Assembly: GCA_030603365.1 (NCBI GenBank)
Contig: JAUVXV010000001.1
Span: 1-64,000 of the forward strand
Direction: 5' to 3'
DNA: 64,000 nucleotides
Source of the DNA: Candidatus Heimdallarchaeota archaeon
GTDB lineage: Archaea > Asgardarchaeota > Heimdallarchaeia > Heimdallarchaeales > Heimdallarchaeaceae
The position numbers and the translations under genes were made by a program. The notes beneath the pieces are model-generated. The model was not told where the DNA came from and ran no database searches. It was given only the letters and a program-made list of their open reading frames with translations. Of the stretch, positions 20,180-29,647 are shown piece after piece. Position 1 is the stretch's first letter. Every line of letters begins with the position of its first letter.

Positions 20180-21520
20180 ATGGTAATATTGAAAAACATG
20201 ATTCTGGAAGCGGATATACTCATAACTTGTGATGCTCAAAATACTATCATTAAAGATGCTGCTGTATTTGTGTCAGATGGGTTAATAGCAGATTTAGGAC
20301 AAAGAGAAAGAATACATAAAGATTATTCAGCTGATAAGGTTATAGAAGGAGAAAATAGAATCTTACTTCCTGGTTTAATTAATACTCACAGTCACAGTGT
20401 ACAAACTTTCTTAAGAGGTAAAGCAGATGATCATACTCTTCTAGATTGGTTAAGACAGGTTGTTTTACCAGGTGAAGCAAATTTTACCCCCGAAGAAGTC
20501 TATTCTTCCTCACTTCTAGGGTTTGCTGAGATGATAAGAACCGGTACAACTACAACCAATGATATGTTGACAAGCCATAATTCTGACTATGGAATAAAAG
20601 CAGCAGTCGAAAGTGGTATTCGAACAAGAATTGGTAAGATGTTAATGGATGTAGATAATGATTTTCCAGATATTATCAAAGAAGACACAGAAACAGTGAT
20701 TGAGACTGCAAGAAAGCAGATAGATCAGTATCATCAAACTCAAGATGGACGAATAAAATATTCACTAAATCCCCGTTTTCTTCTTTCATGTTCTCCAAAA
20801 CTCATGAATTTGATTGTTGAGACTCAGCACGATTATGAAGATTTGATGATTCACACACATGCTTCTGAATCACAATCAGAATGCATTGAAGTGAAAAAAA
20901 TGTATAATGATTCCTATATTAGAGCTCTAAAAAATCTAAAAGCACTTGGATCCGAAACAATCTTAGCTCATGGTATATGGTTGAATAAAGAAGAGTTTGA
21001 AATAATTCAAAAAACGAATACAAGAATAACACATAATCCTAGTAGTAATTGCAAACTCGCTTCTGGAATATGTGATGTTGTAAAATACCATGAATTAGGT
21101 GTTTTAGTAGGGATAGGAACAGATGGTCCTCCTTGTAATAATAATTTTGATATGTTTAGGGACATGAGGTTAGCAGCATTTCTTCAGAAGGTTAAACACC
21201 TCAATGAACAAGCTCTCCCAGCTTCCAAAGTGCTTCAAATGGCAACAATTGATGGAGCAAGAGCAATCAATTGGGATAAAGAAATCGGTTCTATTGAGCT
21301 AGGTAAGAGAGCAGATATGATTATGATAGATATTGACCAAGTAAATGCTATGCCATTATATGATCCTGTATCTCATTTAATTTATTCTTCCTCGGGAAAA
21401 GATGTTAGCCTGACAATGATTAATGGTAAAATAGTCTATCATGATGGTCACTTTAAAACAATAGATTTCAATAAAATAAAAGTCGCTACTCAGAAATATC
21501 AAGATAAATGGGAGTTATAG
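20180..21520 (+). CDS. Amidohydrolase (MTA/SAH/guanine deaminase family)
   Basis: INTHSH, HTHASES, HNPSSN, GTDG. Confidence 0.9.
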   Translation: MVILKNMILEADILITCDAQNTIIKDAAVFVSDGLIADLGQRERIHKDYSADKVIEGENRILLPGLINTHSHSVQTFLRGKADDHTLLDWLRQVVLPGEANFTPEEVYSSSLLGFAEMIRTGTTTTNDMLTSHNSDYGIKAAVESGIRTRIGKMLMDVDNDFPDIIKEDTETVIETARKQIDQYHQTQDGRIKYSLNPRFLLSCSPKLMNLIVETQHDYEDLMIHTHASESQSECIEVKKMYNDSYIRALKNLKALGSETILAHGIWLNKEEFEIIQKTNTRITHNPSSNCKLASGICDVVKYHELGVLVGIGTDGPPCNNNFDMFRDMRLAAFLQKVKHLNEQALPASKVLQMATIDGARAINWDKEIGSIELGKRADMIMIDIDQVNAMPLYDPVSHLIYSSSGKDVSLTMINGKIVYHDGHFKTIDFNKIKVATQKYQDKWEL

Positions 21521-21524
21521 GACT

Positions 21525-22592
21525 ATGGAAATAATCACATCATCACCAGGAAGGGTTTGCCTTTTTGGAGAAGATGTTGACTATATGGGTTTAGAAGTTA
21601 TAACTCTGGCAATAAACCAAAGAGTAGAGGTTAGAGGACAAACAAATACAAGTGGAAGAATTTCTGTAAAACTTAAAGATATAAATCAGAAATTTAGTTT
21701 TTCAAATGAAAAGCAGAAATTAATAAGGAAACGAGATTATGTGAAATCTGCCTTCAATATCTATCAAGAATTCTTTCCTAAGAACTTTGGAGCTACTTTA
21801 TCAGTTAAGTCAAATCTACCAATTGGTAAAGGTCTTTCATCTTCTTCTGCATTTTGTTCTGCCTTAATTGGCTTTTTCGATAAAGCCTCAGAGTATAATT
21901 CTTCAGGCAAAGAATTAGCATGGAATGCATATTTAGCAGAAGTTGTAAATTTAGGGGAGCCAGGGGGAATGATGGATCATTATGCATGTGTAATAGGTAA
22001 TCTAGTTTATCTTGAATGTCGTGAACCATATGAACTAGAAAAATTGGACCAAAAAATAGATGGTATAGTTATTGGAGATACTTTAACAAAAAAAGAAACT
22101 ATACAAACTATAATAAAAAGAAAAAGCGAAATTAATCTAGGAATTGAATGGATGAAAAAGAAAGATGCTTCCTTCAGTTTGGAGAAAAGCTCATTTCAAG
22201 ATGTACTAGAAGAATATGATAGAAGCAAAAGTATTGGTCTGCAAAGATTGTTAGGGGTTTTAGGGATTAGAGATGTTGTAAGAGAGGGATATAAGATAAT
22301 GAAAACTAAGGATGCTAGCCAAAATGAAATAGCATCTCTGATAAGTAAGCACCATGAATGTCAACACGAATACTTCGAAAATGTAACCCAAAAAATGCAA
22401 AATTTAATTCATGATGCAAAAACTGCTGGAGCTAAAGCATGTAAACTCCTTGGAAGCGGGAATGGCGGCTCATTTTTTGCCTATTCTCCAGGAAAGGAAG
22501 ATGAAGTTGCAGAGGCAATAATTCGTGGAGGAGCAGCAGCTTATATTCTAAAACAAGATGATGGTTTAAGAATTAACATTCATGACTCTTAA
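21525..22592 (+). CDS. GHMP-family sugar kinase (galactokinase-like)
   Basis: PGRVCLFGE, PIGKGLSSSSA, GSGNGG. Confidence 0.88.
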   Translation: MEIITSSPGRVCLFGEDVDYMGLEVITLAINQRVEVRGQTNTSGRISVKLKDINQKFSFSNEKQKLIRKRDYVKSAFNIYQEFFPKNFGATLSVKSNLPIGKGLSSSSAFCSALIGFFDKASEYNSSGKELAWNAYLAEVVNLGEPGGMMDHYACVIGNLVYLECREPYELEKLDQKIDGIVIGDTLTKKETIQTIIKRKSEINLGIEWMKKKDASFSLEKSSFQDVLEEYDRSKSIGLQRLLGVLGIRDVVREGYKIMKTKDASQNEIASLISKHHECQHEYFENVTQKMQNLIHDAKTAGAKACKLLGSGNGGSFFAYSPGKEDEVAEAIIRGGAAAYILKQDDGLRINIHDS

Positions 22593-22675
22593 TTTATTCC
22601 TAATTTGATTTTTTTATACAAAAAACTGAAAAGGAGGTAATGTAAACAATTAGGAAAAGAAGAGAGAGTGACTTA

Positions 22676-23080
22676 ATGGTTGATGATTGTCTTTTCTGTA
22701 AGATTATTCGAGGGGAAGTGCCTAGTTACACACTTTATGAAGATGAAGACGTTAAAGTGTTTCTAGATTTATTTCCAGTATCAAGCGGACATAGCTTGTT
22801 TTTACCAAAAAAGCATTTTGAACAGATATTTGATGTTCCTGAACAAGATATGATTTTTATGAAGAAACTCCCAATGATTTCTACAAAATTAAAGGAAGTA
22901 ACTGGAGCTACTGGGCTAAATATCTTTCAAAACAATGGGAAAGATGCAGGTCAAGTTGTTAGGCATATTCATTTCCACTTAATTCCAAGATACCCAGAAG
23001 ATGGTCTTATGAAGTTTCCACCTCAGTCTGACTTAGACGAAGAAGTGGCAAAAGGTATAATGAACAGCTTCAAAACATGA
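22676..23080 (+). CDS. hit: HIT family hydrolase
   Basis: CLFCKI, HIHFHLIPR. Confidence 0.95.
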   Translation: MVDDCLFCKIIRGEVPSYTLYEDEDVKVFLDLFPVSSGHSLFLPKKHFEQIFDVPEQDMIFMKKLPMISTKLKEVTGATGLNIFQNNGKDAGQVVRHIHFHLIPRYPEDGLMKFPPQSDLDEEVAKGIMNSFKT

Positions 23081-23118
23081 AGAAATTTGATAAAAGACAA
23101 GCACAAAATTAATAACAA

Positions 23119-23721
23119 ATGAAAAAAATGACAACAGACAAGGGGAAAATGATGGCAGAAGAAGAGGGACAAGGTAAGAAATACATATTTAAGATAGTTT
23201 TATTAGGGGATCCAGGAGTAGGTAAAAGTTCACTAATTAGAAGATTCGTTCATAATCAATTCCAAGCATCATATCTAATGACTATTGGTGTTGATATTCT
23301 AAGCAAACAGTTATTTGTTGGAAAAGATGAGGTTTTGTTCTTAATAAGTGATATTGGTGGTCAAGAGCGATTCGCTTCTGTGAGAGAAAAATTCTACCGT
23401 GGTGCAAGAGGTTGTTTCTTAGTCTTTGATTTAACAAGAAATAATACTCTTAATTCCGTCAAAGCTTGGAAAAAAGGTTTAGAGAGTGTAGAAGAAGATG
23501 TAATTTACTTCTTAATTGGAAATAAAGCCGATTTGAAAGAACAAGTTACAGTATCTCAAGAAAGTATCAATGCAATAATTGAGGAATTGAATTTACCAAA
23601 AGAATCATTTTTCATTACTTCTGCGAAAACTGGAGAAAAAGTAGAAGAAGCTTTTGTAACATTTTCAAAAGAACTTATGAGAGCAGTTGAAAAGAAACGC
23701 GTAGAAGTTGGACTAGAATAA
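23119..23721 (+). CDS. Rab-like small GTPase (eukaryotic signature protein)
   Basis: G1 GDPGVGKS, TIGVD, DIGGQERF, FYRGA, GNKAD, TSAKTG. Confidence 0.95.
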   Translation: MKKMTTDKGKMMAEEEGQGKKYIFKIVLLGDPGVGKSSLIRRFVHNQFQASYLMTIGVDILSKQLFVGKDEVLFLISDIGGQERFASVREKFYRGARGCFLVFDLTRNNTLNSVKAWKKGLESVEEDVIYFLIGNKADLKEQVTVSQESINAIIEELNLPKESFFITSAKTGEKVEEAFVTFSKELMRAVEKKRVEVGLE

Positions 23722-23828
23722 ATCTTTGGGGTATTTTCAAAAATAATTTTTTTTTTCATAAATTTAGAGAACTATACTAAACGACAAGTTTAAAAGAAGA
23801 AATTGAAAAAAAAGGATGTCGAAAAGAC

Positions 23829-23935
23829 GGGGCAGTAGTTTAGCTCGGCCTATGATGGGGGACTGTCAAACTCAAAGCAATAGCTGAGAGTGCGGAACTC
23901 CTTCGACCCGGGTTCAAATCCCGGCTGCCTCGCCA
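23829..23935 (+). tRNA. tRNA-Asp(GTC) with 29-nt intron (23869-23897) at 37/38; CCA encoded
   Basis: Acceptor GGGGCAG/CTGCCTC, G73; T-arm CCGGG-TTCAAAT-CCCGG; BHB with CUGU/GCGG and ACUC/GAGU helices. Confidence 0.9.
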
Positions 23936-24088
23936 TTTTGTTTTTCTTTATTTCTATAATATTTGTTAGGTTTTATATAATTACTATGCAGACCCCGGGT
24001 CTATTAATCGTTGTAATAATATTTTTTAACTCATTTGTATACATTACAATTCGATAGCTTTTTATTTTTCTAACATTTCCTTCTCTCA

Positions 24089-24739
24089 ATGAAGCGCGAT
24101 GCTTTGTTATTTATGATCCTAACTTCGATTGTACTGACCACTAGTGTTGATTATAGTACTCCTTGCTATGCAGACGAATATAAAGTACACGACGGTGATT
24201 TCGTTTATTTTGGTTATCAGTTAATAGTAAATTCATTAACTATAGAAACTAAAACTGAGTCTGACCCAGTTCAGGTTAATTTTGCACCTGAAACCCTTAA
24301 TCCTCCAGGATTGTATGATGCTCTTAAAGGAATGAAAAATGGTCAGATAAAATCAACTGTGACAATTTATCCAGGAGAAGATGGATTTTCTCCCAGTGAT
24401 CCCGTTTATGGTGCATATGCAGAATCAATATTAACTTATAAAAATCTTCAAGTATACAATATCAATGGGTTTCCTTATACTGATGTGTATCCCGAAGGTG
24501 TAGGGAGTTTTGGTAGAACTTTACTTATTGTTGTAGGTGTGATACTTGGTATTGGTGGAGTGGTTGGTATTTCATATGTAATATATCGTTTCTCACCAAA
24601 AATTTTTGGTAAAAGATGTTTAAAATGCAAAACTCTTGCTATAGGATCATGTAAAAACTGTGGTGCAAATTTTTGTGAGAAATGCTTTTCGAATGGTTGC
24701 ACCTCTTGCAAAGGTCGTTCATTAATTCGTTTTAAGTAA
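24089..24739 (+). CDS. Single-pass membrane protein: signal peptide + FKBP-like ectodomain + TM + cytoplasmic C8 zinc finger
   Basis: GDFVYFGYQL and GLYDALKGMKNGQ.TVTIYP (FKBP/SlyD-like); TM LLIVVGVILGIGGVVGISYVIY; CxxC-x7-CxxC-x4-CxxC-x4-CxxC. Confidence 0.75.
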   Translation: MKRDALLFMILTSIVLTTSVDYSTPCYADEYKVHDGDFVYFGYQLIVNSLTIETKTESDPVQVNFAPETLNPPGLYDALKGMKNGQIKSTVTIYPGEDGFSPSDPVYGAYAESILTYKNLQVYNINGFPYTDVYPEGVGSFGRTLLIVVGVILGIGGVVGISYVIYRFSPKIFGKRCLKCKTLAIGSCKNCGANFCEKCFSNGCTSCKGRSLIRFK

Positions 24740-24788
24740 TTCCTCCCCCTTCGAAATTTTTTTAAGGTTCTATCCTTCTCTTCTCTCG

Positions 24789-25382
24789 ATGAAACGAATT
24801 CTCCGATATACAGTTATTTTAAGTATTTTTTCTATTCTTCTATTTAGTTCCTTAGTTTTAGTAACTGCTTATGATAATTATGAAGGTATTGAATATGACG
24901 ATATTGTAGATGTAGCCTTTGTAAGTTACAGAAACGGTGAGTTTGTTATTGAATATACGGCAGAAGGTTCAATCAGAATTGAAGTAAATACAAATGCAGT
25001 GAATCACAATTTCGTTAATCAGATTTTAGGGATGAAAATAGGAGAAAAAAAACCTTACATAACTTGGAATGTTGGTGCAGATTTGATAGAATACTACAAT
25101 ACAACAATTATAAGTCTCTTTAAAGATTCTACCCCTCCAACAAGTCCTCTTTGGAGAGTTTTAAGACCAATCCTTATCGTGGTAGCTGTACTGGGAGGAG
25201 CTGTTGGTGCAGTATATCTTGTAATAAAACTCAAGGGTAGAGTTGTTCTAAAAGGTTGTACAAGTTGTAAGAATACAGGAACAACACAATGTGCTAAATG
25301 TGGAAAACATTATTGTTCAAATTGTTCTACTAAAGGCTGTACAAACTGTGGGAGTAATAAGTTCATTAGATTAAAGAGCTAG
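24789..25382 (+). CDS. Paralogous single-pass FKBP-like/TM/C8 zinc-finger protein
   Basis: DDIVDVAF, FVNQILGMKIGEKK; TM helix; identical Cys spacing. Confidence 0.75.
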   Translation: MKRILRYTVILSIFSILLFSSLVLVTAYDNYEGIEYDDIVDVAFVSYRNGEFVIEYTAEGSIRIEVNTNAVNHNFVNQILGMKIGEKKPYITWNVGADLIEYYNTTIISLFKDSTPPTSPLWRVLRPILIVVAVLGGAVGAVYLVIKLKGRVVLKGCTSCKNTGTTQCAKCGKHYCSNCSTKGCTNCGSNKFIRLKS

Positions 25383-25460
25383 ATTTCACTCACACAAAGA
25401 TTTTTTTAATCATCTATTTACTTAAAGCAGGAATCAATACGATTTCAAGAATGTTATTCT

Positions 25461-25543
25461 GCCAGGATAGCCAAGCGGTACGGCGGGGGTCTCGAAAACC
25501 TCTGGCATCAGCCTCCGGGGTTCAAATCCCCGTCCTGGCTCCA
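25461..25543 (+). tRNA. tRNA-Ser(CGA); CCA encoded
   Basis: Acceptor GCCAGGA/TCCTGGC; anticodon arm GGGGT-CTCGAAA-ACCTC; variable arm present. Confidence 0.93.
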
Positions 25544-25657
25544 TTTCAAATAATACAATTATTCTCCGAAAACTTATTTAAAACTACTAATCAGAAACTT
25601 TGATTTCATTAAGTTTTTATTCGCCTTAACTATTTTCTGCCTATAGGTGACTTTGTA

Positions 25658-27097
25658 ATGGTTTTTCCAACGTTTCGTGTAAGGAGCATTTATGATATTG
25701 CTCTAATTAAATTGATTTCTGAAAACTTGAAGTACAATCTTGTCCAAACTCTTCCTGAACAAGTTAGTGTGTTTGGTATAGAAGACAAATTAGATCCATA
25801 TGATATTGAAATTCAAGATATCCTAGGTGGATATGGCGTATCTATTGAAGGTGAGGAAGAATATGTTTCTGCAATCACAGCGCTTTTACATAAGAAAATT
25901 CCTGATTCAATTATTCTTCAACACCCGGTTCAGTTACATGCCGTATATAATGGGAAGGTTGTACATATTAATAATGAGAAAAATCTGTCTGTAATTGATA
26001 TTGGAGAAAGTGTCAATGCAATTTTGTTTGGTTCCAATTTCCACAGAAGTCAGAAAGTTGTAGTTCAGATAAAACAATTAAATGTCTTTGAGGACCAATT
26101 ACCTGTTTGTTCAACAGTCATTCATTTTCCAGGTCAATCTGTTATTTTGGAGCGTGATGCAAATTTTGTAAGGGTTTCTCGAAAATTACCTAAAAATGAC
26201 AGAGATAAATTATTTACTTTAGGAAAAGAACTACGCCCTAGAGATCATGGTTTAATAATGAGAACAAGTGCAACAAAAGCTTCACAAGAAGCTATTCAAG
26301 CAGATATAGATCAACTAGTTCAAAGGGCAGAAGAACTTGATTTACTTATATCAGGATCTTCCTATGGACCTGGCATTTTACAACCTGGACAAACAGTTGC
26401 ACATATTCTACTAGTGAAAGATGCAAAAGAAAAAATAACTGCTATTCGCAGTGCAGTAGTTTCAAGTATTCCCATGTATCATTGGTTTATGTCATATTCT
26501 CCTGAACTAAAATTAACTACTCAATTCGCTGAAAAAGTAGCTTCTGATATAGATGGTAAGAAGTTAGCTAATATGCTGAAACAATTAATATTAGACAAAG
26601 ATTTCAGTGAAAACGCAATTATCTATCTTCAAGAGTACAAATTGACTTCTCCCCCACAAGAAAGGATTCTGGGGCAGCTAAACTGGGTTGATGATGTCTT
26701 GCATATTAAGAGAAGTTTTCGTTCTTCTAGAGGTGTGCATCACAATTTGGATATAGACATAAAACAGGGGGATACATCATCTATTGCAGTAAAAGAAGGG
26801 AGCTGGTCAGTCCATATGAAAATCTTGAGAGATGAAAACTTGCTAGGAGAGATAATTAAAGTTGTCACTCCAATAGATTTATGCAATGGTGGAAACCTGC
26901 GATATATAGACTTAGGACTGAATCTAGTCAAAAAGAATGGTGAGACACAAGTTATTGATGAAGGTGTAATAAACCAATTATCTGAAAGAGGAGTTATATC
27001 ATCTCAATTAAAAGAAGAAATCTATTCTATATTTGATGAATGTAAGAAACAATTATCTGATGGAAAAGAACAGATACTAATAATGTCTAAAAAATAA
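25658..27097 (+). CDS. fau-1: FAU-1/AU-1 RNA-binding ribonuclease (RNase E/G-like + DUF402)
   Basis: FRVRSIY N-terminus, VRVSRKL, HGLIMRTSA, C-terminal TPIDL...RYIDL. Confidence 0.75.
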   Translation: MVFPTFRVRSIYDIALIKLISENLKYNLVQTLPEQVSVFGIEDKLDPYDIEIQDILGGYGVSIEGEEEYVSAITALLHKKIPDSIILQHPVQLHAVYNGKVVHINNEKNLSVIDIGESVNAILFGSNFHRSQKVVVQIKQLNVFEDQLPVCSTVIHFPGQSVILERDANFVRVSRKLPKNDRDKLFTLGKELRPRDHGLIMRTSATKASQEAIQADIDQLVQRAEELDLLISGSSYGPGILQPGQTVAHILLVKDAKEKITAIRSAVVSSIPMYHWFMSYSPELKLTTQFAEKVASDIDGKKLANMLKQLILDKDFSENAIIYLQEYKLTSPPQERILGQLNWVDDVLHIKRSFRSSRGVHHNLDIDIKQGDTSSIAVKEGSWSVHMKILRDENLLGEIIKVVTPIDLCNGGNLRYIDLGLNLVKKNGETQVIDEGVINQLSERGVISSQLKEEIYSIFDECKKQLSDGKEQILIMSKK

Positions 27098-27099
27098 AA

Positions 27100-28023
27100 G
27101 TGGAGATGTTGTTGAAGGAACATTTAATCGCAGTTAAATGGGATCCAAAAATTCCACCTTATGCCTTTCTTTATATTAGAGATTTAGAGGAAGAACCAGC
27201 ACAAACTAATAAAAAATATTTGTCTCCTGGTGACTCTTTTCATCTTAAAATATCGAAAGAAAAGAAGTGTATTGGTCATTCTGTTAATAAAAAAGAATAT
27301 TATTTGTGTGATAAAAATATCACAGATCAATACAATAGGTGTTATAACTGCGATCAGCAGGATTTTGAAAAGTGCTTTCTATTCTGTGATGCTAGCAAAC
27401 CTTTTGGTAATTGTTCCCATAATCCTGAGGCTTATGAATACTGTAAGACCTATCCTTGTTCAGTTTATTTAGCTCTTATTGCAAATGATGTTAAGGTTGG
27501 AGTATCGTTTAACCCATTAAAGAGGTGGATAAACCAAGGGGCTGATATAGCAGTAGAGGTTTTGAGAGCAAAAAATGGTTTTGAAGCTAGGTCATTGGAA
27601 AAGACTATCTCTTCCGAGTTTCAGATATCTCAGGCAATTCGTAAATCTGCAAAAGCCAGAAAACTGAATTTTGATCTTTCAAAATCTATTCTTGGTTTCC
27701 GAAACATTGTGGGTACTGTAATATCCTATCTTGAGAAAAATGGATATGAATCAGAAGACTCAGAACTGTTGCATGAAGAAACAGAATTATTATCATTTTA
27801 TGGTAACATTCCTTCTTTAGAAAGTAGTCCTATCTTAAACGAAGTTGAGAAAACTTTACAGATAACAGGCGAGATTGTGGGAGTTAAAGGAAAACTTCTC
27901 GTAACTAAAGTCAATAACAGTTATTATGTGACTAACATATCTAGGATTATAGGTCATTTAATGGCTTTTTCATCTACTCCATTAAAGCTAAAAGGTCAAA
28001 AATCTCTCTCAGAATTTTTCTAA
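27100..28023 (+). CDS. DUF2797-like Cys-rich protein
   Basis: VYLAL..VKVGV, RWINQGA, GEIVGVKG. Confidence 0.8.
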   Translation: MEMLLKEHLIAVKWDPKIPPYAFLYIRDLEEEPAQTNKKYLSPGDSFHLKISKEKKCIGHSVNKKEYYLCDKNITDQYNRCYNCDQQDFEKCFLFCDASKPFGNCSHNPEAYEYCKTYPCSVYLALIANDVKVGVSFNPLKRWINQGADIAVEVLRAKNGFEARSLEKTISSEFQISQAIRKSAKARKLNFDLSKSILGFRNIVGTVISYLEKNGYESEDSELLHEETELLSFYGNIPSLESSPILNEVEKTLQITGEIVGVKGKLLVTKVNNSYYVTNISRIIGHLMAFSSTPLKLKGQKSLSEFF

Positions 28024-28095
28024 AAAAACTCTTTTTTTCACTTTACATTAGTAGAATAATTTAAATTGTTATTAAAAACTGGTTTCTATGATAAT

Positions 28096-28335
28096 ATGAG
28101 CGAATTCAAAGATCAAAACGTAGAATGCATAGTTGCAATACTGAAGAAAAAGAATCCTGCAACAACAAAAGAAATAATGGCTATGAGAGATTTGTTTCCT
28201 GAGTTATGTGCTGGATGTTCATCAGGTGGTGATGTCATTCTTGCAGGAAAACAACTCGTCGAAGAGGGATTTGTAGAAAGAAAATGGACCTCTGAAGGAT
28301 TTGCTTGGAAATTAATCAAAGATTCTGAAGAATAA
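28096..28335 (+). CDS. Small winged-helix-like protein with CxxC
   Basis: ATTKEI...CAGC...LVEEGFVERK..GFAWKL; 10 nt upstream of the cysteine desulfurase gene. Confidence 0.65.
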   Translation: MSEFKDQNVECIVAILKKKNPATTKEIMAMRDLFPELCAGCSSGGDVILAGKQLVEEGFVERKWTSEGFAWKLIKDSEE

Positions 28336-28345
28336 TGGTGATAAA

Positions 28346-29611
28346 ATGGTTGTTTGGGCTCGTATAAGAAAAGATTTTCCGGTTTTGAATCAGCTTTATG
28401 AAGGAAAAAGTCTGATATATTTTGATTCAGCTTGTATGGCACTCAAACCTGTTCAAGTTTGGGAAGCAATGGAATATTATTACAAGTATTTGGGTGCATG
28501 TGGTGGAGCTGGTAGATCAACGCACAGTTTAGGAGAAGAAACAAGTTTACTTACCCAAGAAGCCCGTGTAAAAATTGCTTCTTTTATTAATGCAAGAAGC
28601 CAAAATGAAATTATTTGGACAAGAAATGCAACAGAAGGATTAAACATCATTGCTGCTACTCTGCCAATAAAAAAAGATGAAAACATTGTTACAACTTCTT
28701 TAGAACATCATAGTGGAATGCTTCCATTTTTCAAAAGATGCCAAGAAACTGGGAGTGAATTAAGAATAGTTAATGCTAGTCCGGATGGAACTTTTGATGT
28801 AGCAGATTTCGAAGAAAAAATAGATGATAAAACCAAGATTGTATCATTTGTACATGCATCGAACTTAACTGGAACTATTGCACCTCTTGAAGACGTTGTT
28901 AAAATCTCTCATGAACATGGAGCATGGGTAGTTTCAGATGAAGCTCAATTTGCCCCACATGATAAATTAGATGTTAAGAAACTCGATGTGGATTTCAGTG
29001 TTTTGAGTATTCACAAAGCTTGTGGTCCTACTGGTATAGGTGTACTTTATGGTAAGTATGAACTCTTAGAAGAGCTTGACATGTTTCTTGTTGGTGGAGA
29101 TGTAATAGAAGATGTCGTCTATGAAGATGGAAAGATTATTCCAAAGTATTTACCTCCTCCTCATAAATTTGAAGCAGGATTGCAAAATTATGGCGGTATG
29201 TTAGGTGCTGGTGCAGCAATAGATTATCTTCAAAAAATTGGAATGGATAATATACATAACAGAGAACAATCTTTCTCAAAAAGATTATTAGAGGGAATTC
29301 TAGAACTAGAAAAATTCGAAGTTTTAGGTCCTCTAGATTATAAACAAAGAGCAGCACTTGTATCTTTCAGACCAAAATCAGATGTAATGAATCATAATGA
29401 TGTAACTGAATATTTCAATGATATGATTCCTAATCACAAAATTCTAATGCGATCAGGAAACATGTGCGTACATCCATTCCAATATCAAATTGGAATAAAT
29501 CCTGGAAAAGGAGAAGGTGTAACAAGAGCATCTCTCTATATCTATAACACTATGGATGAAGTTGAGATATTCTTAACAGAGCTCGAAAACTTTGCTAGAG
29601 CTCTTGATTAG
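28346..29611 (+). CDS. sufS: Cysteine desulfurase, SufS/Csd type
   Basis: IRKDFP, EHHS, PLP lysine HKACGPTG, catalytic RSGNMC, RASLYIYN. Confidence 0.92.
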   Translation: MVVWARIRKDFPVLNQLYEGKSLIYFDSACMALKPVQVWEAMEYYYKYLGACGGAGRSTHSLGEETSLLTQEARVKIASFINARSQNEIIWTRNATEGLNIIAATLPIKKDENIVTTSLEHHSGMLPFFKRCQETGSELRIVNASPDGTFDVADFEEKIDDKTKIVSFVHASNLTGTIAPLEDVVKISHEHGAWVVSDEAQFAPHDKLDVKKLDVDFSVLSIHKACGPTGIGVLYGKYELLEELDMFLVGGDVIEDVVYEDGKIIPKYLPPPHKFEAGLQNYGGMLGAGAAIDYLQKIGMDNIHNREQSFSKRLLEGILELEKFEVLGPLDYKQRAALVSFRPKSDVMNHNDVTEYFNDMIPNHKILMRSGNMCVHPFQYQIGINPGKGEGVTRASLYIYNTMDEVEIFLTELENFARALD

Positions 29612-29647
29612 TATATAGCGGGGGTTAAACTCATCACAAAGAGCATT

